The notes below the pieces were generated by a model that had not been told where the DNA came from, searched no databases, and saw nothing but the letters and a program-made list of their open reading frames with translations. The position numbers and the translations under genes were made by a program. DNA of 64,000 nt from Verrucomicrobiaceae bacterium (GTDB lineage: Bacteria > Verrucomicrobiota > Verrucomicrobiia > Verrucomicrobiales > Akkermansiaceae): the NCBI GenBank assembly GCA_051252135.1, contig JBPOGH010000002.1, positions 160,001 through 224,000 on the forward strand. Direction: 5' to 3'. How positions within the stretch are numbered: position 1 is the first letter of the stretch; every line of letters starts with the position of its first letter. Positions 37,761 to 47,167 of this stretch are shown here, piece by piece.

Positions 37761-39272
37761 CTAGTCGGAGGGTGTTCTTGGGACTTGCGGGAGGGTTATT
37801 TGAATCTTAGAGCGGCCTCTGATGACGAGCAAGCTGGTTTGCTGGACGGCAGCAGTAGCTACGAGCTTGAGGTAGAAATCTTCCTGATTTCTGATGCGGG
37901 AGCCGTTGATTTCGAGGAGGAGGTCGTTGGTGCGGATGCCGGCGCGGGCGCCGAAGGTGTCCGGGATGACTTTGGTGACGAGGACGCCGCCGAGGGAGCC
38001 CTGGGGGAGGGCGGGGGTGTTGAGGACTTCGAGCCCGACGGCCTGGATGATGGCCTGATCGGAGGCGAGGCGGCCACCGGTAGGGGCTCCGGAGGGGAGT
38101 CCGAAGGGGTCGGCCTCACGAACGGTGGCCCGGAGGTTGATGTTTTGACCACCGCGCCAGACGCTGATGGTGACTTCCTCGTCGATATTGGTGCGTTGGA
38201 CGCGGCTGATGAGGGATTTGGCGTTGTCGACGCCTTCTCCTTTGAGGGCGGTGACGATATCGTTTGGTTTCAGTCCGGCTTGATCTGCGGGGGAGCCGGG
38301 GGTGACATCCCAGATGAGGACGCCCTGGCCGCGGTAGTCGAAGACGCTGCGGAGGTATTGATTGAGGTCACGGGCCTGGATGCCGAGGAAGCCGTGGACG
38401 GGTCGCCCTTTCTCGAGGATGTGGTTCATGGTGCGGACGACGTCGTTTGAGGGGATGGAGAAGCCGATGCCGCCGAAGCTGGGGTTTTCCTGGTCGGTGG
38501 TGTAGATGGAGGCGTTGATGCCGATGATTTCACCGAGGTGGTTGAGGAGGGGGCCACCGGAGTTTCCGGGGTTGATGGCGGCATCGGTCTGGAACATGTC
38601 GCGCTGGCCGTCGGAGAGGGCGCGGTCGCGAGCGGAGATGCGGCCGGTGGTGACGGATTCGCGAAGGCCGTAGGGATTGCCAACAGCGATCGCGAGTTGG
38701 CCGACTTCGACTTTGTCAGAGTCGGCGAATTTGAGGGGTTTGAATTTTTCGTCGGGTTGTCCTTTGATGCGGAGGACGGCGATGTCGAAGAGGCGGTCGG
38801 AGTCGATGAGGATGGCGGGGAGGTTGCGACCGTCGTGGAGGGTGATGCGGATTTCCTGGTGTCCGTCGATGACGTGGTGGTTGGTGATGACGTGTCCTTC
38901 TTCGGAGATGATGACGCCGGAGCCGAGGCCGGGGGTGATTTGGCTGCGCTCGTAGATGCGTTGGCGCCAGGGGTCGAGGATGCGTTCTTTGCGGAGGATT
39001 TTGGTATCGATGCTGACGACGGAGGGGGTGACCTGTTTGACGAGGGCGATCATTTCGTCATTGGCGCGGATGAGGCCGGGGACCTGGGAGGGGGTGAGGG
39101 CGGCCTCGGTGGCGAGGGTGGCGTTCTCGGGAGAATATTGTTGGGTGTTGTCCTTTTTCCCAAAGCCGAAGATGGGGTGTCCGCCTTGCCACGCTTTGAA
39201 GACGTAGACGCTGATGAAGGCGACGGCAAAGACGAGGCCGAGCACAAAAAATCGCTTTATGGTATCGGTCAT
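37761..39272 (-). CDS. HtrA/DegP-like trypsin serine protease with two PDZ domains
   Basis: GSGVII, TNHHV, DIAVL, QTDAAINPGNSGGPL, GSPADQAGL. Confidence 0.92.
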   Translation of the reverse strand: MTDTIKRFFVLGLVFAVAFISVYVFKAWQGGHPIFGFGKKDNTQQYSPENATLATEAALTPSQVPGLIRANDEMIALVKQVTPSVVSIDTKILRKERILDPWRQRIYERSQITPGLGSGVIISEEGHVITNHHVIDGHQEIRITLHDGRNLPAILIDSDRLFDIAVLRIKGQPDEKFKPLKFADSDKVEVGQLAIAVGNPYGLRESVTTGRISARDRALSDGQRDMFQTDAAINPGNSGGPLLNHLGEIIGINASIYTTDQENPSFGGIGFSIPSNDVVRTMNHILEKGRPVHGFLGIQARDLNQYLRSVFDYRGQGVLIWDVTPGSPADQAGLKPNDIVTALKGEGVDNAKSLISRVQRTNIDEEVTISVWRGGQNINLRATVREADPFGLPSGAPTGGRLASDQAIIQAVGLEVLNTPALPQGSLGGVLVTKVIPDTFGARAGIRTNDLLLEINGSRIRNQEDFYLKLVATAAVQQTSLLVIRGRSKIQITLPQVPRTPSD

Positions 39273-39456
39273 GAGTAAGGGTAGGGGAATTGAAAGGCGA
39301 AACAGCGAATTTGAAAGGGCAAACTTGGCTTTCGTGTCCGTTGGGGGAGCGTTATGGGGAGGAGGATTTGTGTTAGAAAGGGGGGGCGTGGGACCAAATT
39401 TCGTCAGTTGAATCGCACCTCAAGACGAATAGCAGCGATTCGTCGTCGTTCGTTAC

Positions 39457-40206
39457 CTAGACCCAATCTTTTGAGTTCAGTCGCGCTGCTATGGCCCTGC
39501 CAAAAGAATCGGGATCTCCAAAAATACTGTATGCGTCTAGGTGCAAGAAACTTAGTAAATCTCGGAGTGCCGGTTTTAAGGCAAATGGGACCTTGAACGT
39601 CCTAAGCGAATCACAGTTGTTAGAACCGAGTATTTCGTTGAGTGGTCTTAGGAACTGCTCGTCATTGAAAGTGGTAATTGTGAAGACGCTTTTTTGACTC
39701 TTGCTTCTCTCGATACCAGAGGGGCATTGGAAGATATGGATTGGCTTTCCTTGTTGGCAGTCTTCTGAATGGGATAGGGTCATCCCTAGTGTTGGGCATA
39801 CTTGACGGAGTGCCTTTGTTGAGTCCAATTGCCACACGAGGCCATCTAATTCATCCTTTTCCCGATCTTCAATTGCGAACCAGAGTGCAATTAGGGGATT
39901 CTGACTCCAGTCGAGAAGTCTTGTAGGCGCAGCGTAATGTTGAGCATATGCTAAGATGTCTAAATCTGTTTGGGAAGATAGGGCAAATTGCTCTCTGAAA
40001 TCGTTTATTATGGAGGATTCTGTTTGCTTTAGGATGTGGTTAGGGATTTTTAGTCGGCATAATTTTGGTGTCAGGTCCCAAGATGCGTCGGCCTGTCCCC
40101 GGTAGACGATAACTGGAAGAGGGCTAACGAGAGCTCGGCGCTGCCTTGCCCAAGACAAAAACCTTGCGAAAAACTGACACTCCGATTCTGGTTCTGTAGA
40201 TGACAT
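39457..40206 (-). CDS. FRG domain-containing protein (low GC)
   Basis: YRGQADASWDLTPKL, AQHYAAPTRLLDWSQNPLIALWFA, R..SQKSVFT. Confidence 0.85.
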   Translation of the reverse strand: MSSTEPESECQFFARFLSWARQRRALVSPLPVIVYRGQADASWDLTPKLCRLKIPNHILKQTESSIINDFREQFALSSQTDLDILAYAQHYAAPTRLLDWSQNPLIALWFAIEDREKDELDGLVWQLDSTKALRQVCPTLGMTLSHSEDCQQGKPIHIFQCPSGIERSKSQKSVFTITTFNDEQFLRPLNEILGSNNCDSLRTFKVPFALKPALRDLLSFLHLDAYSIFGDPDSFGRAIAARLNSKDWV

Positions 40207-40369
40207 TGTGTAGCCTTTTAGTGACGTAGTAAACTTCTTCAGTCAAGAAGGCTGGAAGGTTCGTAAAAAGGACCACGCCATAGATTTGGAAGCGTGGTTG
40301 ATAGAGTGTTTACTCAGAGTTAAGAATTTTTTGCAGGAAATGGGAATTGGGTGCGGTATTCCCCGCGTG

Positions 40370-41899
40370 ATGTTGCGAGTAGCTGCGATTTTGTTGTTTT
40401 CGGTATCGGTGATGGCTGGTGATGAGTTGCCGGTGAAGGAGGGGTTGCGTTTGTGGCTGGATGCGAGTGCGGGGGAGACCTTGACGAAGGATGGGAGGGG
40501 ACGGGTGGGTGCGATCCGGAGCCGGGTGGGTGAGGTGAAGGCGGAGGCGGTGAAGGCGGGGCCGACTTTGAAACCCGATGGGTTGGGCGGGAAGGCGGTG
40601 ATGCGGTTTAACGGGCATGAGTCGCTGCGGGTGAAGGGGGTGCTGGAGGGGGTGACGACGGCGTCGGTTTTTATTGTTTTTCAGCGTGGGGCGGAGTTTG
40701 AGGGGAAGAAGGCGTGGCAGAAGTTGATGACGAATGAGAGGGAGAAGGAGGGGGTGTTCTTGCACACGGGCGGGGATTCTCCGGCGTTGGCACCGAAGGT
40801 GTGGCGGGGTGAGTTTGAGGTGGCGGGTCCGGATTTGTTGATTGGGTCGGGCAACGAGGAGGGTTGGGGTGAGTTGTGGGGGGATATTGCGGAGGTGTTG
40901 GTTTATGATCGGGGGTTTTATGTGGCGGAGCCGATTAATGAGATTGTGGGGTATTTGGAGAAGAAGTGGTCGTTTCAGGAGGATCGTAGCAATGATTGGG
41001 CCTTGTATGGGCCGTTGCCGAAGGTGGCGGAGCGGACGTCGGACAAGCTGCCGCTGAGTGATCAGGCGAATGCGGGGAAGTGGGAGACGTTTGAGTTGAT
41101 GTGGGACGAGTTTGAGGGGGAGAAGCTGGATGAGACGAAGTGGTGGGATCACAATCCGAATTGGTATGGGCGTGCGCCGGGGCGTTTTCTACCGCGCGAG
41201 GTGGTGGTGAAGGAGGGGGAGTTGAGGTTGACGATGCGGAAGGATCCGTCGCTTGAGCCGAAGCAGTTTTACAAGGGGGGGGAGATGTATCGGGATTATT
41301 CCTCGGGGACGATCAAGTCGAAGGAGGGGGTGCTGTATGGGTACTTTGAGATTGAGGCGCAGGCGATGGCGAGTGCGGGATCGAGTGCGTGGTGGTTCTC
41401 AGGGACGAGTGATGAGAAGGCGACGAATGGGCGGCACCGGATTGAGATCGATGTGTTTGAGCTGGGAGGAAAGAGCGAGGGGCGGGAGCACACTTACAGT
41501 ATGAATTTGCATGTGTTTGAATCACCTGAGTCGAAGCGTCACTGGAGTCAGGGTGCGGAGTGGGAGGCGCCCTTTGAGTTTGCGAAGGGGTTCCATGTCT
41601 TCGGGTTGGAGTGGACGAAGGAATTCATTCGTTACTACGTGGATGGGGCGTTGGTGCGGAGTGTGAAGAATACGGCGTGGCATGCGCCCCAGCATATGAT
41701 TTTTGATTCGGAGACGATGGGGAGTTGGTTGGGGATGCCGAAGGATGAGGATCTTCCGTCGGTCTTTCGGGTGAAGTGGGTGCGGGCGTGGAAGAATGCG
41801 GAGACGCGGGGGGAGTGGGAGAAGGATTTTGATTTGAAGGGGCCGAAGGGGGATCAGGTGACGGGGGTGACGCGGTATTTGAAAGGGTTGGGGAATTGA
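40370..41899 (+). CDS. Secreted GH16 glycoside hydrolase with N-terminal LamG-like domain
   Basis: GLRLWLDAS...GDIAEVLVYDR N-terminal domain; LYGYFEIE, catalytic EIDVFE, FHVFGLEW. Confidence 0.85.
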   Translation: MLRVAAILLFSVSVMAGDELPVKEGLRLWLDASAGETLTKDGRGRVGAIRSRVGEVKAEAVKAGPTLKPDGLGGKAVMRFNGHESLRVKGVLEGVTTASVFIVFQRGAEFEGKKAWQKLMTNEREKEGVFLHTGGDSPALAPKVWRGEFEVAGPDLLIGSGNEEGWGELWGDIAEVLVYDRGFYVAEPINEIVGYLEKKWSFQEDRSNDWALYGPLPKVAERTSDKLPLSDQANAGKWETFELMWDEFEGEKLDETKWWDHNPNWYGRAPGRFLPREVVVKEGELRLTMRKDPSLEPKQFYKGGEMYRDYSSGTIKSKEGVLYGYFEIEAQAMASAGSSAWWFSGTSDEKATNGRHRIEIDVFELGGKSEGREHTYSMNLHVFESPESKRHWSQGAEWEAPFEFAKGFHVFGLEWTKEFIRYYVDGALVRSVKNTAWHAPQHMIFDSETMGSWLGMPKDEDLPSVFRVKWVRAWKNAETRGEWEKDFDLKGPKGDQVTGVTRYLKGLGN

Positions 41900-42068
41900 T
41901 GTGAGTTGGGGATGAGGTGGCGAGGGTTTGCAGGCGGATGGGAGTTTGAGCGGATCGCTGTTGGGCTTTTCGCTTTTTTTAGCGAGCTTGCGGCTCGGGT
42001 AGTTTTATGGGGCCTGGTTGTGGGGGCTTTGGGTTGTGGAAGGGGCGGGGGTCTGCTTTTCTTGGGGG

Positions 42069-43031
42069 ATGAGAATTGGGTTATGTTTGGTTCCTCCGGT
42101 GTTGTTGGCGGTGGTGGCGTTGGCACAGGCGAAGTGGACGACGGTGGAGCCAAAGGGGCCTCCTTTTAAGCGGCATGAGCATGCGTTTGTGAAGGTGGGG
42201 GAGAAGTTTTATGCGCTGGGCGGGCGGCGGGTGCAGCCGGTGGATGTGTTTGATCCGAAGACGGAGGTGTGGTCGATGGGGAAGCGTCCGCCGCTTGAGC
42301 TGCACCATTTTCAGGCGTTGGAGTATGAGGGGAAGGTGTTGGTGGCGGGAGCGTTTACGGGGCGGTTTCCGGGTGAGACGCCGGTGGAGAATTTTTACTT
42401 TTACGATCCGGCGACGGATGGGTGGAGTGAGGGGCCGGAGATTCCGGAGGACCGGCGACGTGGGTCATCGGGGGCTTTTTTGAAGGATGGGAAGTTGTAT
42501 TTGGTTTGTGGGTTGAGGGATGGTCACCGCTCGGGGTGGGTGCCTTGGTTTGATGAGTATGACTTTGAGAGCAAGAGGTGGCGGAGGTTGCCGGATGCGC
42601 CGCGGGCGCGGGATCATTTTCAGGCGGTGTTGATCGGTGGGAAGCTGGTGTTGGCGGGGGGGCGTCGATCGGGTGAGGGCGGGAAGGTGTTTACTTCGGT
42701 GATCAAGGAGGTGGATGTTTATGATTTCGAGACGGGGGTTTGGGAGACTATGGCGGAGGGGATTCCGACGCCGCGGGCGGGGACGATGTCGCTGGCTTTG
42801 GGCGAGGAAGTTTTGGTGATTGGAGGGGAGAGTGAGCGGAAGAAGGCGCATTCCGAGGTGGAGGCGCTGAATGTGGCGACGGGGGAGTGGCGTGATTTAC
42901 CGGCGTTGCCGGTGGGGCGTCATGCGACGCAGCCAATTCTCCACGAGGGGTCGATTTATCTGCAGGCGGGATCGGTGACTCGCGGGGGGACGGAGACGAG
43001 TTCGATGTTGCGGCTGCCGCTGGCGGAGTAG
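42069..43031 (+). CDS. Secreted Kelch-repeat beta-propeller protein
   Basis: Repeats YALGG...VDVFDP, LVLAGG...VDVYD, LVIGG. Confidence 0.85.
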   Translation: MRIGLCLVPPVLLAVVALAQAKWTTVEPKGPPFKRHEHAFVKVGEKFYALGGRRVQPVDVFDPKTEVWSMGKRPPLELHHFQALEYEGKVLVAGAFTGRFPGETPVENFYFYDPATDGWSEGPEIPEDRRRGSSGAFLKDGKLYLVCGLRDGHRSGWVPWFDEYDFESKRWRRLPDAPRARDHFQAVLIGGKLVLAGGRRSGEGGKVFTSVIKEVDVYDFETGVWETMAEGIPTPRAGTMSLALGEEVLVIGGESERKKAHSEVEALNVATGEWRDLPALPVGRHATQPILHEGSIYLQAGSVTRGGTETSSMLRLPLAE

Positions 43032-43037
43032 TTTTTT

Positions 43038-43859
43038 TTAGACTGGCTGGCAGGTGGGGCACCAGGCGGTGGTGCGGGTGGCGATGGTGTCGCGGGCGAG
43101 GTCGGTCCGGCAGGCGGGACAGGTGCCGCCTTTTTTCCAACGGTGTTGGAAGAGCCAGTTTTTGGGTGGGACCTGGGCGACGTAGGATCCGGGGGCGAAG
43201 CCGTCGGTTGAGGCGGTTTCGTTTTTATCGGCGACGTGTTTGAGGGCGCCGAGGGTGACGAAGCGGATGGCTTTGCGGACGGCGGAGGGATCGAGCGGGC
43301 CGGAGGGGACGGCGGGGTGGAGGCCGAGCTTCCAGCAGATTTCATCGGCCATCCAGTTGCCGATGCCGGGGCAGATGGCTTGATCGAGGAGGAGGGCCTT
43401 GAGGGGTTTTTTGTGATGCCGCTCGAGTTTTTTCCGAAGGTAGACGGTGGTGAATCGGGCGTCGTGTGGCTGGGGTGGGAGTTCGGACCAGGGGTCGGGG
43501 AGGTCGTGCATCATGATGCGGCCGAACATGCGGTAGTCGTTGAAGATGAGGGCGGTTTTGGGGGTGCGGAGGATAAGGTGGTCGTGTTTGGCGACGGGGT
43601 GGTCGGGGGTGTCGACGGAGAGTTTTCCGGACATGCCGAGGTGGACTTCGAGGTGGAGGGTGGGTCCGAAGGTGAAGAGCATGCGCTTGCCATGGGCGCG
43701 GGAGGAGAGGAGTTTTTTGCCTTTGAGGATGCGAAGGGCGGGTGCGGGGCAGTCGCGGAAGATGCGGGCCTTGGGGTGGGTGTCGACGGCGGTGATGTTT
43801 TGGCCGTGAGAGGCGGCCCATTGGCGACGGGCGAGTTCGACTTCGGCGAGTTCGGGCAT
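43038..43859 (-). CDS. Fpg/Nei family DNA glycosylase/AP lyase
   Basis: N-terminal MPELAEVE, HLGMSG, LLDQ..PGIGNWMADE (H2TH), C-terminal CPAC...WCPTCQ zinc finger. Confidence 0.92.
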   Translation of the reverse strand: MPELAEVELARRQWAASHGQNITAVDTHPKARIFRDCPAPALRILKGKKLLSSRAHGKRMLFTFGPTLHLEVHLGMSGKLSVDTPDHPVAKHDHLILRTPKTALIFNDYRMFGRIMMHDLPDPWSELPPQPHDARFTTVYLRKKLERHHKKPLKALLLDQAICPGIGNWMADEICWKLGLHPAVPSGPLDPSAVRKAIRFVTLGALKHVADKNETASTDGFAPGSYVAQVPPKNWLFQHRWKKGGTCPACRTDLARDTIATRTTAWCPTCQPV

Positions 43860-43863
43860 GGGC

Positions 43864-43905
43864 TTGAACGTTGAACGCGCAGCGCTGAACGTCCAACGTC
43901 GAAGT
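43864..43905. repeat. Imperfect heptamer tandem repeat (TTGAACG-like x6)
   Basis: ttgaacg ttgaacg cgcagcg ctgaacg tccaacg tcgaagt immediately upstream of the Fpg/Nei start. Confidence 0.65.
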
Positions 43906-43988
43906 TGGGGAATTTTTGGGATGGAGGCTGAAAGTTGGGTTGGGGGAGTTTGCGACGCTACAAAAGGATGCGGGAAATTTGTACGCAC

Positions 43989-44018
43989 AAAAGCCATCGA
44001 GAGGAGGCTCTCGATGGC
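43989..44018 (-). terminator. Rho-independent terminator after the bS22-like gene
   Basis: 11 bp stem GCCATCGAGAG/CTCTCGATGGC followed by TTTT on the minus strand. Confidence 0.7.
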
Positions 44019-44086
44019 GGAAATTTTAGACGGCTTTAATAAGCCTCTCAGCGGCACAATTGGGGCTCGCGACCAGTCCTGTATGA

Positions 44087-44191
44087 CTAGGACTTGTAGC
44101 GGAGGCGCTTCTTGTGGCGATTAGCCTTCATGCGCTTGCGGCGCTTGTGCTTGCTGATCTTGGTCTTACGACGCTTTTTAAGGTTACCCAT
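44087..44191 (-). CDS. 34-aa basic protein of the AURKAIP1/COX24 (bS22/mS38-like) family
   Basis: [34 protein letters not shown]; matches the MGxxxKKRRxxxxKHK(x)RK family pattern; below the ORF track cut-off. Confidence 0.85.
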   Translation of the reverse strand: MGNLKKRRKTKISKHKRRKRMKANRHKKRLRYKS

Positions 44192-44261
44192 GGTAATCTG
44201 GTGTCAGTGTGGTTGATGGTTTGGTCAGGAGACCGCGGTTCCGAGGAAATTGATGTTCGTC

Positions 44262-45137
44262 CTAGAGGACGATCTTGTTGAGGGGGTATTCGATGATGCC
44301 CTCTGCGCCAAGATCTTTTAGGTCTGGAATGAGGGATCGTGCGACGCTTTCGCAAATGATGGTCTCGACAGCGACCCAGTCGTCATCGGCGAGGCGCGAG
44401 ACAGTGGGTCGGCGGAGAGAGGGCAAACGTTCGAGGACGGCGTCGAGAGATTTTGCGGGAAGGTTGAGTTTGAGGCCGACTTTATCGCGGGCTTCAAGGG
44501 CACCTTTGATCATCATGACCATGCGCTCCATCTTTTCGCGCTTCCATTCGTCTGCAAAGGCAGCCTTGCTGGAGTAGAAGTGGGGGAAGGAGCTGAGGAG
44601 TTCATCGACGATGCGCAGTTTGTTGGCGCGGAGTGAGGAGCCGGTCTCGGTGACATCGACGATGGCATCGACGAGGTCAGGGACTTTGACTTCGGTGGCT
44701 CCCCAGGAGAATTCTACTTTGGCGGTAACGCCTTTTTCCGCGAGGTAGCGGTTGGTGATGCCGATGCCCTCGGTGGCGATGTGCTTCCCTTCGAGGTCTT
44801 GCACGGTTTTGATGGGGGAATCCTCGGGAACGACGAGCACCCAACGGGTGGGGCGCACGGTGGCGCGGGAGTAGGGAAGCTCGGCGAGGTCGACGAGATC
44901 GACTCCGTTCTCGTAGGCCCAATCGAATCCGGTGATGCCGCAGTCGATAAAGCCCTGGTCGATGTAACGGGCGATCTCCTGGGCGCGGATCATGTAGATA
45001 TCCAACGAGTCATCGTCGGATGAGGGGCGGAGGCCACGATCCGAGGTGTAGATGTTGTACCCGGCCTTTTCGAGGAGCCGAAGGGTCGGTTCCTGGAGGC
45101 TTCCTTTCGGGAGGGCGATTTTGAGTTGGTTGGACAC
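44262..45137 (-). CDS. hisG: ATP phosphoribosyltransferase (long form)
   Basis: LKIALPKGSL, DCGITG, SWGATE, DAIVDVTETGSSLRANKL, GAEGIIEY. Confidence 0.95.
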   Translation of the reverse strand: MSNQLKIALPKGSLQEPTLRLLEKAGYNIYTSDRGLRPSSDDDSLDIYMIRAQEIARYIDQGFIDCGITGFDWAYENGVDLVDLAELPYSRATVRPTRWVLVVPEDSPIKTVQDLEGKHIATEGIGITNRYLAEKGVTAKVEFSWGATEVKVPDLVDAIVDVTETGSSLRANKLRIVDELLSSFPHFYSSKAAFADEWKREKMERMVMMIKGALEARDKVGLKLNLPAKSLDAVLERLPSLRRPTVSRLADDDWVAVETIICESVARSLIPDLKDLGAEGIIEYPLNKIVL

Positions 45138-45219
45138 GAGCGGGGCGGGGATTTAAACGGGGAAGGCGTGGGACGCAAGAACTTTGATGCGGCAAGGGGA
45201 GATCGTGAATTGCGATCCC

Positions 45220-46938
45220 TTAGCGCTCTGCCTTTATAATCAGGTTTCTCAAAGCAGCGGCGTCTTTGGCCAGATCCTCACGTTCGGACATCTCTGCGAC
45301 GGTGAAGGGCATCCGGATACGCCAATTTTTGCCACCCAAGGTTCCGGGGATATTGAAGCGTTCGGTCATTCCGTAGATGTCGGTGATCATGAGAGCGGCG
45401 TAGCGTGAGTTGCAATCGACCAGGGCTTTGAGGAGGGCGATTTTGACTTTTTCATCGAAGGGACGGTAGCTGACTCCGTCATCGGGAAGGGTCAAATCAG
45501 AGAATTCGCTGAGAATTCTCAGGTTCCACAGTGCTCCCACGCGCTCGTCTTCGTCATGACTTTCAATATTCGCACGGAATTCCTCCCACATTCCAGCGAT
45601 GGAAGGATGATCGTGGGTTGCGTAGGTAGCAAAGGAGCAGCGTAAATACTGTGCTCCGGGGATGGGGTGTTCCAGGCCGTCTTCGCCATGGAAGGCTTCC
45701 CAGTGGCAGATTTTGAATCCGGCGATCCCGACTTTTTCGAGGTGGGGGCGGACGTAATGAGGCACCGCTCCAAGGTCCTCGCCGACGACTTCGCCATCAC
45801 CGGCGGCCTCTTGAACCGCTTTGAGGTATTTGTCGCCGCACTTGAGGTTATGGGCACAGTGTTCTTCGGTATCATCGGGGAAGGGCTTGAAGCCGGGGAG
45901 TCTGCCTCCGGTGCGTGCAGCGGCTTCCTCTTCGTTGAGGGGGAGGAATTCCGCGTTGCGTTGCGGCCGCCATGGGAAGGAGTAGATCCGGTAGAATCCG
46001 AGGATATGATCGATCCGGAAGATGTGGAAAACGTCTGTGAGTTTATCGATGCGTCGTCGCCACCAGGCGAAGTTGTCCTTTTCCATCAGGTCCCAACGGT
46101 AGGCGGGAATCCCCCAGTTCTGCCCCCATTTTTGGGTAAAGGCGTCATCTTTAAAGACGGTTTCGGGTGGAGCTCCGCCGCACCATTCCAAATCAAAACC
46201 TTCGCGTTCGAAAAAGACATCGGCGCTGTAGTAGGAGATGCCGATCGGGATGTCGCCCATGAGTTTGACTCCTTTTGCGCCTGATTCCTCGCGCAAGGCC
46301 CGCCATTGGGAAAAGGCGATCCACTGAACCCAGGCGTAGTAGCGCAAGCGGTTCTCAACCCGGGCCTTTTCTCGCCCGCGCTTCTTATCAATCCAATCGT
46401 GTGCGGCTTTCTGGCCTTGATAATTGATGCTCCAGAGGTCCCAGGTTTCCCGTCCACCCTCTTCGTCCATCAAGAGGCGGAAGCGGGTGTAGTTTTCCAG
46501 CCATCCTTTTTCGGCCGCACAGAAAGCGGAAAAATCAGCGTTTTCACCCCCTGCGTCGACAAACTTTACATAACCCTCCTCAAGCAACTCCCGCTTGATC
46601 CGTTTTGCCTCCTCGTAGTTCACAAGGTCGCCCTTGAGGAGTTCCTCACTCAAGCTTTCGCGAACTTCGGCAACTCTTGACGAGCCGATCTCCGGCACGG
46701 AGGAGAGATCGATCAGACTTGGTTCCAGCGCTACCGAGCTGATGGCATTGTATGGCGAATGATCCGCTCCGGTTTCATTGATTGGAAGGAGTTGGAGAAA
46801 CCTTACTCCGTGGGCTGCGGCCCAATCGACCAACTCGCGAAGGCCTTTCACGTCCCCCATCCCCAGATCGTTTCCGTGTCGCAGGCTGGTTACGGGAGCC
46901 AAGACTCCGGCAACTTTGTCATTCGTTTCGCTCATCAT
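45220..46938 (-). CDS. malQ: 4-alpha-glucanotransferase (GH77)
   Basis: LQLLPIN, SPY, GDIPIG, GQNWGIP, FRIDHILGF, GEDLG, THD, RFNIPGT. Confidence 0.92.
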   Translation of the reverse strand: MMSETNDKVAGVLAPVTSLRHGNDLGMGDVKGLRELVDWAAAHGVRFLQLLPINETGADHSPYNAISSVALEPSLIDLSSVPEIGSSRVAEVRESLSEELLKGDLVNYEEAKRIKRELLEEGYVKFVDAGGENADFSAFCAAEKGWLENYTRFRLLMDEEGGRETWDLWSINYQGQKAAHDWIDKKRGREKARVENRLRYYAWVQWIAFSQWRALREESGAKGVKLMGDIPIGISYYSADVFFEREGFDLEWCGGAPPETVFKDDAFTQKWGQNWGIPAYRWDLMEKDNFAWWRRRIDKLTDVFHIFRIDHILGFYRIYSFPWRPQRNAEFLPLNEEEAAARTGGRLPGFKPFPDDTEEHCAHNLKCGDKYLKAVQEAAGDGEVVGEDLGAVPHYVRPHLEKVGIAGFKICHWEAFHGEDGLEHPIPGAQYLRCSFATYATHDHPSIAGMWEEFRANIESHDEDERVGALWNLRILSEFSDLTLPDDGVSYRPFDEKVKIALLKALVDCNSRYAALMITDIYGMTERFNIPGTLGGKNWRIRMPFTVAEMSEREDLAKDAAALRNLIIKAER

Positions 46939-47075
46939 CGGTTGAAGGTTGGAAAGCTGACTAAGGTTTACCATATCTCAATGCTGAATCGGAGAATCGG
47001 CACCTTTTTTGCTTTCAGATACGTGGTTGATTCCCTGAGGAAGCAATTGGAGGGCCAATTAAGTTGGTTCATGGT

Positions 47076-47113
47076 ATTGATTGGGATTTGGACATTCACC
47101 AATCCCAATTAAT
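47076..47113. promoter_or_regulatory. AT-rich inverted repeat between divergent malQ and pckG
   Basis: ATTGATTGGGATTTGG-acattca-CCAATCCCAATTAAT. Confidence 0.4.
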
Positions 47114-47167
47114 TGATTAGGGTCCCATTGACACCTCGTCTTAATCTTTTTCCAGCAAGAACGACCA

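Noticed and set aside
39287..39325. Imperfect direct repeat GAATTGAAAGGCGAAAC / GAATTTGAAAGGGCAAAC upstream of the HtrA gene
   Set aside because: Short, imperfect and single; cannot be distinguished from chance or decayed repeats.
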